Positions 1 through 9,585 are shown, numbered from the stretch's first letter. The stretch is DNA of 64,000 nt from Parapedobacter sp. (GCA_037190485.1 JBBCJB010000045.1:63876-127875); one strand, 5' to 3'. Translations and numbers: made by a program. The notes: a model not told the origin generated them from the letters alone.

Positions 1-510
1 CTCATGATCATCCTGGCCTTGGTGGTCGGCATGACGACATTCACCGCAGCGGGCTACGTCATCGGCCGCGTGCGCGAGACACTCGAGTTCAACGCCGCGT
101 TCTGGAGCTTCGTCATCGCGGCCTCGCGTTGGCTGATCCTTTTCGGGATCTATTTCCTGACCGTGAGCATCCTCTACAAATTCGGCCCCGCGTCGTCCCG
201 GAAATGGAAACTCTTCAGTCCGGGCGCCATGCTGGCGACCATCCTGGCCATCCTGGCGTTTTCGGGCTTCGCATTCTACATCAACAATTTCAATGCCTAC
301 AATAAACTCTATGGCTCCATCGGCACGCTGATCGTGATCATGATCTGGCTGTACCTCAATTCGTTGATCCTGTTGGTTGGGTTTGAACTGAATGCCAGCA
401 TCGCGCTGTCCAAGCAAAGCATCAAGATCGTACGGCCGCGCAGGTTCAATACGTTCAAGGCCGGGCAGGTGCCCGAAGAAGAAAAACACGCCGTGCAAAA
501 GCGGGGGTAA
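1..510 (+). CDS. YihY/BrkB-family inner membrane protein, 5'-truncated by the window edge
   Basis: Several hydrophobic helices, with the YihY-typical C-terminal motif YNKLYGSIGTLIVIMIWLYLNSLILLVGFELNA; the frame is open from base 1. Confidence 0.85.
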   Translation, partial: LMIILALVVGMTTFTAAGYVIGRVRETLEFNAAFWSFVIAASRWLILFGIYFLTVSILYKFGPASSRKWKLFSPGAMLATILAILAFSGFAFYINNFNAYNKLYGSIGTLIVIMIWLYLNSLILLVGFELNASIALSKQSIKIVRPRRFNTFKAGQVPEEEKHAVQKRG

Positions 511-596
511 GAGTTTTTGCCAAACTTGATTTTTTTCGCACCTTTGCTTGATTCCGGTCGTATTTGGCTCCATTCTTGCGTACCCGGCGCATAACC

Positions 597-2723
597 ATGA
601 ACGTAAAAAACAAAAATTCCTCCGTCATCAGGGTCGCGCTACTGAGTTGCATCATCGTGCTTTTCCTATTTATCGGCGTGGTTTTCATTTACCAGTATGG
701 CCAATACCGGACACTCGAAAATCGCCTGACCGAAGCGTTCCGATTGAAGCAGGCCGATTCGGAAAGCCTGAACCAGCTGTTCTCCACGTTCGGGGAGGTC
801 GAGCATACGTTCAGGCTCTATACGCTGGATTTCAGCGACAGCAGCTATCATGATTACAAACAACGGCTGGGCCTGTTGAAACACTTGGTCGATTCGGTAA
901 CGAACCTGCCGGAAGCGACCGAACCCGTCATCCCAACGGGTTTGGACATCGAGGGCCACCAGCGTATCGCATTGGAATTCGCGGCCTTGAAGGAACGTTT
1001 GGATCGCCTGGTGCAGCACACGAGCGACTCCTTGAAATCCGTGCCGCCCGCTATCGACGCGTCCATGGAACCGTCGACCTTCACGTCGGTGGTCGACGGT
1101 GTATTCCAAGACACTTCTTCCAAACCCGTCATCGACACCATCGTCCGCAAAAGACCTGGCTTGCTGAAGCGGATCTTTGACGCCAAAGACGACACCATCG
1201 TCATTGCCAATCACAGCAAGGTCGGCATCAGCCACGTGACCTTGCTGAAGGAAAACCTTTCGACCGCGCAATCGGAATTGGAGCGATCGCACCGGGGCGA
1301 GATCAACGGCCTGCGCAGCACGTTCCGCCGACTGCAGACGAAAGAGCGCCAATTGATCACGACGAACCTGGACCTGCTCGAAAACCTGAAGGAGACCGTT
1401 GCCATCATCAAAGCGCTCGATACGCAAGCCCTGAAACGGGCCGAAACCGACAACCTCGCGCTCTACAAGAAAAACGTCGGCGTATTTGGCCGGCAATTGA
1501 TGTTTGCATTGACCCTTATGCTCGTGATGGTCGGGGCGTTGGTCTATTACCAAATCTATGCGACGTCCTATGAACAACGGCTGCGTGTCGAAAAAGACTA
1601 CGCGGCACGCCTGGCCGAAGAAAAAACGAGCGTATTGGCCAACATCAGTCACGAAATCCGAACACCGCTCAATTCGCTGCTCGGCATTGTCGACCTGCTC
1701 AAGAACAGGGCGAAACTGGACAACGCGGACGAAAAACTGATCGATTCGGCCTATTACAGCGTGAACATCATCAACAACAACATCGTTGACATCCTGAACC
1801 TGAGCAAACTCGAAGACGCGACCAAGGAGGATATCGCCATGGCCTATTTCTCGCCGTATCGGTCATTGCACGAACTGGTGGCCTTGCACCGGAACCAAGC
1901 GGAATTGAAAAAATTGCGCCTGCGCGCGGAAATAGACATCGACCCGGCATCCGGTATACTCAGCAATGAATTCAGGATCAAGCAAATCGCTTCGAATTTC
2001 CTCAGCAATGCCATCAAATATACGCAGAAAGGCGAGATCACGTTCCGTGCATCGATCGCGACAACGGAGGGAACGCAAGCGCTGTACCTCGAAGTGGAAG
2101 ACAGCGGCATCGGTGTCCCGGAGCACGATAGGCGCCAAGTGTTCCGCAAGTATTACACGGCCAGCCCAAATGCCGGCGGCATCGGCCTGGGGCTTTACAT
2201 CTCCAAGATCATGGTGCGGGAATTGGGCGGCAGCATCGGCGTGAAGGGCAAAACGGGCAATGGATCCATCTTCTTCGCGACCATCCCCTTTTCGGAAAGC
2301 AGACTGGATGCACACGAACAACGCAAGGCGACATTGGCCGATCTACCGGCCGGTCTCCGGCTATTGGTGGTGGACGACAATCCCATCAACATCCTGTTCA
2401 TGAAACAGTTCTTCAAGGATATGGAAAACGTCCACATGGTCAACAACGGCGAAGAAGCCATTGCATTCCTGGCCGAACACCCGATCGAAGTCGTGATGAC
2501 CGACATCAACATGCCGGGCATAAGCGGATTGCAATTGCTTGAAGCGATCCGTTCATCGGAACGGCTGCAACCGATCAAGGTATTGGCCATTTCCGCCGAT
2601 AAGGGTACCTTGCCCTATGCCGATAAAAACCACCGGCAGGCATCCTTCGACGGTTTCATCGAAAAGCCCCTGACCGAGAGCGAGGTCGTCAGTGCCATCC
2701 TCCATGCCTTGAACGATCGGTGA
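597..2723 (+). CDS. Membrane-bound hybrid sensor histidine kinase (2 TM, periplasmic helical sensor, HisKA, HATPase, C-terminal receiver)
   Basis: H-box ISHEIRTPLN, N-box NFLSNAIKYT, G-boxes EVEDSGIG and GIGLGL, receiver LLVVDDN...MTDINMPG...KP; ATG at 597 preferred over the ORF-track start at 564. Confidence 0.93.
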   Translation: MNVKNKNSSVIRVALLSCIIVLFLFIGVVFIYQYGQYRTLENRLTEAFRLKQADSESLNQLFSTFGEVEHTFRLYTLDFSDSSYHDYKQRLGLLKHLVDSVTNLPEATEPVIPTGLDIEGHQRIALEFAALKERLDRLVQHTSDSLKSVPPAIDASMEPSTFTSVVDGVFQDTSSKPVIDTIVRKRPGLLKRIFDAKDDTIVIANHSKVGISHVTLLKENLSTAQSELERSHRGEINGLRSTFRRLQTKERQLITTNLDLLENLKETVAIIKALDTQALKRAETDNLALYKKNVGVFGRQLMFALTLMLVMVGALVYYQIYATSYEQRLRVEKDYAARLAEEKTSVLANISHEIRTPLNSLLGIVDLLKNRAKLDNADEKLIDSAYYSVNIINNNIVDILNLSKLEDATKEDIAMAYFSPYRSLHELVALHRNQAELKKLRLRAEIDIDPASGILSNEFRIKQIASNFLSNAIKYTQKGEITFRASIATTEGTQALYLEVEDSGIGVPEHDRRQVFRKYYTASPNAGGIGLGLYISKIMVRELGGSIGVKGKTGNGSIFFATIPFSESRLDAHEQRKATLADLPAGLRLLVVDDNPINILFMKQFFKDMENVHMVNNGEEAIAFLAEHPIEVVMTDINMPGISGLQLLEAIRSSERLQPIKVLAISADKGTLPYADKNHRQASFDGFIEKPLTESEVVSAILHALNDR

Positions 2724-2763
2724 GCCGTACCGGACGCCAACCACGCACATGGACGCGGATCCG

Positions 2764-4512
2764 CTAACTGGATCTCGACGCCGTACCGCCTTTCTTGCTC
2801 ACCACCGTCACGGTGAATTTCGTCCCCCCCTTCACCAACCACCTGACCGTGGCGGTGCCATTGCCCGGTACGTTGCTTACGCGGATGTTGGCCGGATCGC
2901 TGCGCTGTTCCTTGGTGATGCCTAGATCGCGGTTCTCGACCACCATGCCAACCACCACCTGGCCCCCGCTCAGGGAAACCACGTCGGGCACCTCGATCCG
3001 GTTGGCGATGTCGTGTGCGGAATGCGTGGGGATGATGCGCCCATTCTTGATCACGGCCGTGACCTGCTTCAATCCACCGCCCACATCGGTCACCTCGATC
3101 TCGGCGACTTCCAGGCTGGGGGTATGGTACGCATGGTAAATCACGAATGACGCGTTGCGGTGCGCATCGCTTTCCAAGAGGAAGCCGGGGTGCATCCGCC
3201 CGTAGCTCTTCTTGAAGCCCCCGATCTCGATTTCGCCGTATTGCGGATGGGTGTAGGGGTTCCAGTCCACGAAACCATCGCCGAAAAGGAGGTACCGATC
3301 GAAATCGTATTGCTCGTTCGGGTCGCCGCCGAAACCGCTGCCCTGCTGACGGCTGAAATAGTAGTTGGCCGTCCACAATTCGTTGCTCATCGCGAAGATA
3401 CCACGGGCACCGTGCATCCAGTCGAACTGCCCGCCGTACACCGAATACAGGTCTTTGTAGGTAACGATATAGCGGTAACCGGGAATGAGCTCCTCGCCCT
3501 TCTTGCCGAGCGCATCGTAGACGATTACGTCCTCACGCGTGAAATTCGGCTCGTCTTCCTGCGCTCCGGGTCCGCGCAAGATCATGCCACCGTAGTTATG
3601 GAAACTCTGCCCGGCGGCGATGTTGGGATGCGCCAGTATGAAATCCGCCACCGCGCGGTTTTCGGGCAAGGAAAAGGGATACTTATAGGCTCCGCCTTGG
3701 ATGTGGTTCGGTTGCCAGTTCCACCCCCAATCGCGATTGGGGTCATAGCCTCCGGCACCGTCCTCGTTGATCGATCCGTCCCCGTCATTGTCCAACCCTT
3801 CATACCCCAGCAACTCGTATTCGCCTTGCTGTCCCTGCTCCACGCGAACCAATCGCCGCGGATCCTTCGGGTCGGCGACGTACTGCCCATAGGGGCTCTT
3901 CCGCCGCATCTGCGTGATGTGTCCGTCGCCGTCCAGGTCGTCGAAATCGTCTTCATCGACCAACCCGTCGCGATCGTTGTCTACGGGCCGCTGCCCCGTC
4001 CGCGAGGAGTGCTGCGTATTCGGGCCATGGATGAACCGGTCGCGCGAGTCGGGGCTGATGCTGGGCACGATGTAGAACGTCTTTTCGGCAAGCAATTGCT
4101 TGAAGAACGGATTGCCCGCGGCGTGCATCTCGACGACGTACCAGCCGATATACAGGGCGAACTCCACGGTCTGGACCTCGTTGGCGTGGATGCCCCCATC
4201 GATGTATGCAGCAGGCTTGCGGTCTGCGGCGCCCCGGGTCCTGTCCGTGATGGTGAGCAGCCAGAGGTCATTGCCTTCCACCGACTGCCCGATGGAACTC
4301 AGCGAAACCAGATCGGGATGGGCGGCGGCCATTTTCCGGTAAATCTCCTCGAGCGCGGTATTGTCGTGGTACCGGTTCCAGCTAACGGACACCTTCGGGT
4401 TGGGCGGCGACCCCGCGGCCGCCAAAATGTTCTCGGGCTGCTGGGCCAGCGCCTGCATGGCCAACTGCAACGCTAGGGCCAAGGAAAGCAATCGATAGGT
4501 ATGGGATTTCAT
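2764..4512 (-). CDS. Secreted M14-family zinc carboxypeptidase with intact catalytic motifs
   Basis: Signal peptide MKSHTYRLLSLALALQLAMQALA; HxxE (GIHANE), DPNRDW, third zinc ligand SFHNYG, catalytic Glu in SNELW; DxDxDG repeats; ATG at 4512. Confidence 0.88.
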   Translation of the reverse strand: MKSHTYRLLSLALALQLAMQALAQQPENILAAAGSPPNPKVSVSWNRYHDNTALEEIYRKMAAAHPDLVSLSSIGQSVEGNDLWLLTITDRTRGAADRKPAAYIDGGIHANEVQTVEFALYIGWYVVEMHAAGNPFFKQLLAEKTFYIVPSISPDSRDRFIHGPNTQHSSRTGQRPVDNDRDGLVDEDDFDDLDGDGHITQMRRKSPYGQYVADPKDPRRLVRVEQGQQGEYELLGYEGLDNDGDGSINEDGAGGYDPNRDWGWNWQPNHIQGGAYKYPFSLPENRAVADFILAHPNIAAGQSFHNYGGMILRGPGAQEDEPNFTREDVIVYDALGKKGEELIPGYRYIVTYKDLYSVYGGQFDWMHGARGIFAMSNELWTANYYFSRQQGSGFGGDPNEQYDFDRYLLFGDGFVDWNPYTHPQYGEIEIGGFKKSYGRMHPGFLLESDAHRNASFVIYHAYHTPSLEVAEIEVTDVGGGLKQVTAVIKNGRIIPTHSAHDIANRIEVPDVVSLSGGQVVVGMVVENRDLGITKEQRSDPANIRVSNVPGNGTATVRWLVKGGTKFTVTVVSKKGGTASRSS

Positions 4513-4522
4513 GCTGATCGCG

Positions 4523-6184
4523 TTAGAGTGAAACTTCGACGGTTTTGGTACCTGTGGAGACACTGCCGGCCTCGATGGTCAATGGGCCGTTGCCCTGGAC
4601 AACCCAGCTCAACTCGACCGTTCCCCGGCCCGGGATCGCCTGGAGCGTCTGCGACCGGCGACCGCTCACCACGGATTGCTTGCCGGTGGTCTTGACATGG
4701 ACAGCGATGCGCTTCAGGAAATAGCTGCGTTCGCCCACCTGCGTGAGGCTGGGCAACAGCCCGGTATTGAATACCTTGAGCGATACGCGCGTCAACCCGC
4801 CGTCGAGCTTTTCGGTCCGGACATCCACGATGTCGGTCCTGGGCGCCATCCCGGCCAGCCTGACCACGAAATCGGCATGCTTCCGTACGAGTCCGTCGAC
4901 GAAACGGTAAGGCGGATTGGTCAATACGAACGGGTGGACGCCACCTACCTCCACGCGCTTGCCGGGAAAATCGGGGTGATCGACGGGCTTCCAGGCCGTG
5001 AACGTGCCTGTGATACCCTCCGAACGCGCAAACCTCAGGTAATCGGCCACGGGATCGGCCTGCGCATCGCCTGTGGCTTTTCCCCGCCCGCCAGCCCGCG
5101 ATGCGGAATCCGGCTCGACGCGGGGCACCCACCAGCCCGGGGTGCTGAAGCTGAACCGACCATAATGATAGTATGCCCATTCGGCGAAATTACCCGGCCC
5201 GGCCGTGGTCTTCGGCGCATCCTTGACGCCCATGATCGCGTTGTAGACCTCTGAAACGTAGGCACCTGCCTTCGCGTCCTGCGCAGACCAGCTGTCGATC
5301 TTCTGCCCCCGTGCCGCGGGCTGGCCTCCCTTGCTGCCCTGCTCGGGGGTCGACAGGTTGTTGTATGGGCCGAACGAGACCACCGCATAGACATTGAAGG
5401 CGTCGTACAGGAAATCGAACAGTGCGCGGTTCTCGGCTTCCGATGCGGCATGCTCCCCCGCTCCCGGCAAGAAATGACGATAACCGTAGGTGGCATTCCG
5501 ATCGAAATGCACGCCTCCTTCGCCATCTTCGTTGAATTGGCCGTCCTTGTCATTGTCCAGGCCTTCCGTATGGAGGATGTAACCTCCTTGCTGGCCCTTT
5601 GCCGCGTCGGCCAAGATCAATGAAAGCGGCTCTTCCGGATTGGCCAGGTAGGTACCGGTCGGATCGGCGATACGCATGGATGTAATCTTCCCGTCGCCGT
5701 CCAGGTCATCGTAACCGTCCTCGCCGGAAAGCCCATCGCGATCGTCGTCGGTATCGCGGGCATTGCCGTTTCGCTCATATTGCAACGCGGAGAAATACTG
5801 TTCGGTGGCATCCGGACTCATGTTCGGGAACACGTAGAATGTCTGCTCCTCCAACAAGCGCCGGATGCTGTCGGTGGCCGAGCCGGCCAGCAGCTGCTCG
5901 GCAAACCCGAGCGCGAGTTCGACCCCCAGCAGGTGTTTACCCGCTATTCCGCCCACGACAGCGATGGCCGGTTTACCATCGGCTTCCCCGGTGCCGATGG
6001 TGATCAGCCAGGTATCCGAGCCACCCGCGGTCTTGGCCAACGACCGTACGCTGGCGTATTGCGGATACGTGTTCGCGAGCGCGTTGGCGCGTCGGGCCAG
6101 TCGGTGTCTATCGGTGTAATCGGTTTGCGCATGGAGGCCTTGGCTACCTAGCCAAACCACGGACAGCAATAGGATTCTTTTCAT
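4523..6184 (-). CDS. Secreted M14-fold protein, probably a catalytically inactive paralogue of the downstream peptidase
   Basis: Signal peptide; collinear with 2764..4512, but GIHANE becomes GIAGKH, SFHNY becomes SFGPY and SNELW becomes STPGW; DxDxDG repeats retained. Confidence 0.8.
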   Translation of the reverse strand: MKRILLLSVVWLGSQGLHAQTDYTDRHRLARRANALANTYPQYASVRSLAKTAGGSDTWLITIGTGEADGKPAIAVVGGIAGKHLLGVELALGFAEQLLAGSATDSIRRLLEEQTFYVFPNMSPDATEQYFSALQYERNGNARDTDDDRDGLSGEDGYDDLDGDGKITSMRIADPTGTYLANPEEPLSLILADAAKGQQGGYILHTEGLDNDKDGQFNEDGEGGVHFDRNATYGYRHFLPGAGEHAASEAENRALFDFLYDAFNVYAVVSFGPYNNLSTPEQGSKGGQPAARGQKIDSWSAQDAKAGAYVSEVYNAIMGVKDAPKTTAGPGNFAEWAYYHYGRFSFSTPGWWVPRVEPDSASRAGGRGKATGDAQADPVADYLRFARSEGITGTFTAWKPVDHPDFPGKRVEVGGVHPFVLTNPPYRFVDGLVRKHADFVVRLAGMAPRTDIVDVRTEKLDGGLTRVSLKVFNTGLLPSLTQVGERSYFLKRIAVHVKTTGKQSVVSGRRSQTLQAIPGRGTVELSWVVQGNGPLTIEAGSVSTGTKTVEVSL

Positions 6185-6240
6185 GGAGCATTCGGTTTGC
6201 TTTTCTTGCGCAAGTTACCCAAAAACAGCAAACAGCGGCA

Positions 6241-6283
6241 AGGGATCCGGCGTTGTGATACAAATGTTACAACCCGGATCCCT
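6241..6283 (-). terminator. Stem-loop between the ompA/motB-like gene and the M14 operon
   Basis: AGGGATCCGG (6241-6250) pairs with CCGGATCCCT (6274-6283), extended by GTTGTGA/TTACAAC; T-rich sequence follows on the minus strand. Confidence 0.55.
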
Positions 6284-6310
6284 GGAAAAGACCGGCTATC
6301 GAACCCCCGG

Positions 6311-7240
6311 CTAGCGAGGTTGCTCGATGGGCAGCACGGCGGGGTTGCCAGCGGGTGCGGGCCCGGTCTCGACGGTAGCGGCGTTGTCGGGCGCCTTGTC
6401 GATCAATTCCATGAATTGGTCGAGCTTCGGCGTGATGATGATCTGCGTACGGCGATTGCGGGTTTTACCGCTTTCCGTATCGTTGCTTGCCAACGGATTG
6501 TATTCGCCACGACCGGCAGCGGTGAGCCGCTTGGGATCTACGCCGTAATCCCGTTGCAAGGCCTGGACGACCGATGAACCCCGCAATACGCTCAAGTCCC
6601 AATTGTTGCGGATATTCTGCTGCGCGATGGGCACATTGTCGGTATTCCCCTCGACAAGCACGTCATAGTCGCGATAGTCCATGATGATCTTGGCGATCTT
6701 GCCGAGGGTCTCGCCCGCCTGCTCGGCGATCTCGTAGCTACCCGATCGGTACAGCATGTTGTCCGAAAGCGAGATATAGACCACGCCCTTCAGCACCTGG
6801 ACGTCGACGTCGCGCATTTCCTCGCGGCTCAACGATCGGGTAAGCCGATTGGTCAGCACCATATTGAGCGAATCGCTCTTGTTCTTGGTGTTCACCAGGT
6901 GCTGGATGTACCGGTTCGACGCGTTGATTTCATCAACCAGTTTTGAAATGTTCACATTGCCTTGGTTCGACGACGCAAGGCATTTGTCAAGCGCGTCCTG
7001 CAACGCCTTCACATTGGCCCGTTCGGAAGCGATCTGATCTTCGAGCCCGGTTACCCGCGTGCTGGCCGACGATAGCTGTTGCTGGGCCTCTTGGTAACGC
7101 GTGGTCAATTCCTGCTCGCGTTGCCGCATTTCGTCGTAATTCGCTTGCAGCGACTTGAACTTCTTGTTGCTCACGCATCCCGACAGGGACATCGCCATAC
7201 CGAGGCACACCAAGCCCGTATACTTGAAAAGCCGTTTCAT
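6311..7240 (-). CDS. OmpA/MotB-family peptidoglycan-binding lipoprotein with N-terminal coiled coil
   Basis: Lipobox MKRLFKYTGLVCLGMAMSLSG-C; heptad-rich segment; MotB-like motifs VEGNTDNVP, NWDLSVLR, NRRTQIII; true ATG at 7240, the 84-aa ORF-track extension being intergenic. Confidence 0.88.
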   Translation of the reverse strand: MKRLFKYTGLVCLGMAMSLSGCVSNKKFKSLQANYDEMRQREQELTTRYQEAQQQLSSASTRVTGLEDQIASERANVKALQDALDKCLASSNQGNVNISKLVDEINASNRYIQHLVNTKNKSDSLNMVLTNRLTRSLSREEMRDVDVQVLKGVVYISLSDNMLYRSGSYEIAEQAGETLGKIAKIIMDYRDYDVLVEGNTDNVPIAQQNIRNNWDLSVLRGSSVVQALQRDYGVDPKRLTAAGRGEYNPLASNDTESGKTRNRRTQIIITPKLDQFMELIDKAPDNAATVETGPAPAGNPAVLPIEQPR

Positions 7241-7451
7241 ATTATCTTTCTCCTTTCGTTTTCTAAGGGGTACAGCACATACCGAAGCGAACATTATGCC
7301 AAAACGGTTCGATAGGCCGCGCCGAAGGCGGGCCCGTCGGCTAAACGGACACGCGATACGCATCGTCTTTGGTTTGCCGCGACCCGCTGGGCCGAACTCG
7401 GCTATAAAATAGAAAATAAAATAATAACTCCCTATAAATAAAAGTTTTTCA

Positions 7452-7459
7452 TACCTTTG
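7452..7459 (+). promoter_or_regulatory. Bacteroidota -7 promoter element for rpsA
   Basis: TACCTTTG matches TAnnTTTG about 40 nt before the rpsA ATG. Confidence 0.75.
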
Positions 7460-7462
7460 CAG

Positions 7463-7501
7463 TCCCGATAAAAATCGGGAAAAAGGAGACAAATGATTTA
7501 A
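7463..7501 (+). promoter_or_regulatory. rpsA leader: hairpin, SD-like AAGGAG and 2-codon uORF overlapping the start codon
   Basis: TCCCGAT-AAAA-ATCGGGA (7463-7480); AAGGAG (7483-7488); ATG-ATT-TAA (7493-7501), whose last A is the A of the rpsA ATG. Confidence 0.6.
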
Positions 7502-9441
7502 TGGCTAAAAAACAAGAAGCAGAAAAGGAATTAGCAGCGAAAGCGGCTGAACTTCATGACACTGAGGACACCTTGGTGAAAGAAAAAGAGGACATCGAGT
7601 CGGAAGCCGATTCGACGTTCATCGATGCAATCAAATCAACCACCTGGAGCACCCCCGACGACGACTTCGATTGGGATCGTGACGACAAGGGCTTCGGCAA
7701 CTACAGCGATGAAGAGCGCGCGAAGTTGGAAGACCTCTACGCCGGCACCTTCAATTCCATCAACAAAGGCGAAATCGTGCAGGGCTCGGTGGTATCCATC
7801 AACAACAAGGATGTCGTGCTCAACATCGGCTTCAAGTCTGATGGTTTGGTATCCCTTTCTGAATTCCGTGACACCCCAGACCTGAAAGTGGGCGACACGG
7901 TGGACGTGTTCGTCGAATCACAGGAAGATGCCAACGGCCAGTTGGTGCTTTCCCGCAAGCGCGCAAAAACCCAGAAATCCTGGGAAGAGATCAACGAAGC
8001 GCTTGAAAATGACACCATTATCGATGGCTTCGTGAAGAGCCGGACCAAAGGTGGACTTATCGTTGACATCAAAGGCGTGGAAGCTTTCCTTCCAGGATCG
8101 CAGATCGACATCAAACCCATACGCGACTACGACATCTATGTCGGCAAGACGATGGAGTTCAAGGTGGTGAAAATCAACCATGAATTCAAGAACGTGGTCG
8201 TATCCCATAAAGTATTGATCGAGGACGATCTGGAGAACCAGAAATCCGAAATCGTTTCCAAACTCGAAAAAGGCCAGGTACTCGAAGGAACGGTCAAGAA
8301 CATCACCGATTTCGGTGTATTCATCGACCTTGGTGGCGTCGACGGCCTATTGCACATCACCGACATCTCTTGGGGCCGCATCGAGCATCCGCGCGAGGTG
8401 TTGCAGCTCGACCAAACGGTCAACGTGGTGGTACTTGACTTCGACGACGAGAAGAAACGCATCGCCCTTGGCTTGAAACAACTGACCCCCCACCCGTGGG
8501 AATCGTTGGACGCCACCCTGGCGGTTGGATCGAAGGTGAAAGGCAAGATCGTTACCGTGGCCGATTACGGCGCATTCCTGGAAATCACCCCCGGTGTGGA
8601 GGGATTGATCCACGTATCCGAAATGTCTTGGTCGCAGAACCTGCGCAGCCCGCAGGAATTCCTGAAAGTTGGCGACGAGGTGGAAGCCCAAATCCTGACG
8701 TTGGATCGCGACGACCGCAAAATGAGCCTGGGCATCAAGCAATTGACACCAGACCCATGGAAGAACATCGCAGACCGCCATCCGATTGGTTCCAAGCAAA
8801 AGGCCGTTGTCAAGAACATGACCAATTTCGGCGTGTTCGTGGAGCTGGAAGAAGGTATCGACGGATTGATCCACATTTCGGACCTTTCTTGGTCCAAGAA
8901 AATCAATCACCCCAATGAGTTCACCAAGGTTGGCGAGGCGCTTGAAGTGGTGGTCCTCGAACTCGATGAGGACAACCGCAAACTGAGCCTTGGACACAAA
9001 CAACTGGAAGAGAATCCATGGGATACGTTCGAGACCATTTTCACGTTGGATTCCATCCATCAGGGCACGGTCATCAAAGTGGGTGAAAAGGGCAATATCG
9101 TATCGCTCCCCTACGGCGTGGAAGGCTTCTCCCCTGCCAAGCACAGCATCAAGGAAGACGGCAGCGCACTGAAGCTGGACGAGACCAACGACTTCAAGAT
9201 CATTGAGTTCAACAAAGAAAACAAACGCGTGGTGATCTCGCATTCCCGTATCTGGGAAGACCAGCGGGCCGAAGCACGGATGGAAGACTTCAATAATCGG
9301 AAGAAAGAGGCTCGCGCGGCGTCTACGGCCGTGAAGAAAGTGAAGGACTCCGTCGAGAAGTCAACGTTGGGCGACTTGGACGTGCTTGCGCAATTGAAAG
9401 AGCAGCTCGAAGACCAAGAAAGCGCCAAGAAGTCGAAATAA
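7501..9441 (+). CDS. rpsA: 30S ribosomal protein S1 (bS1)
   Basis: Six S1 repeats (e.g. VKNITDFGVFIDLGGVDGLLHITDISW), with an acidic Bacteroidota-type N-terminal extension. Confidence 0.98.
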   Translation: MAKKQEAEKELAAKAAELHDTEDTLVKEKEDIESEADSTFIDAIKSTTWSTPDDDFDWDRDDKGFGNYSDEERAKLEDLYAGTFNSINKGEIVQGSVVSINNKDVVLNIGFKSDGLVSLSEFRDTPDLKVGDTVDVFVESQEDANGQLVLSRKRAKTQKSWEEINEALENDTIIDGFVKSRTKGGLIVDIKGVEAFLPGSQIDIKPIRDYDIYVGKTMEFKVVKINHEFKNVVVSHKVLIEDDLENQKSEIVSKLEKGQVLEGTVKNITDFGVFIDLGGVDGLLHITDISWGRIEHPREVLQLDQTVNVVVLDFDDEKKRIALGLKQLTPHPWESLDATLAVGSKVKGKIVTVADYGAFLEITPGVEGLIHVSEMSWSQNLRSPQEFLKVGDEVEAQILTLDRDDRKMSLGIKQLTPDPWKNIADRHPIGSKQKAVVKNMTNFGVFVELEEGIDGLIHISDLSWSKKINHPNEFTKVGEALEVVVLELDEDNRKLSLGHKQLEENPWDTFETIFTLDSIHQGTVIKVGEKGNIVSLPYGVEGFSPAKHSIKEDGSALKLDETNDFKIIEFNKENKRVVISHSRIWEDQRAEARMEDFNNRKKEARAASTAVKKVKDSVEKSTLGDLDVLAQLKEQLEDQESAKKSK

Positions 9442-9472
9442 AGAACCGGTACCGCGTACCGACGACGCATCC

Positions 9473-9506
9473 ACTCCCACTACGCAGCGTAGTGGGAGTT
9501 TTTTTT
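9473..9506 (+). terminator. Rho-independent terminator of rpsA
   Basis: 12-bp stem ACTCCCACTACG/CGTAGTGGGAGT, 3-nt loop, followed by a T run. Confidence 0.9.
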
Positions 9507-9585
9507 CGCCCGAACCCCGCCATTGAGCTTGCTTTTAACGAATTCTTTATCGAAGTTTGTTCTGAAATTAGAAAAGACCAACGTG

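Noticed and set aside
6254-6271. TGTGA...TTACA resembling a CRP site
   Set aside because: The spacer is 8 nt rather than 6, and the sequence is explained as part of the 6241-6283 stem-loop
6311-7240. MotB-like gene as evidence of flagellar motility
   Set aside because: No motA or flagellar genes nearby; lipoprotein OmpA/MotB proteins are common envelope proteins in Bacteroidota
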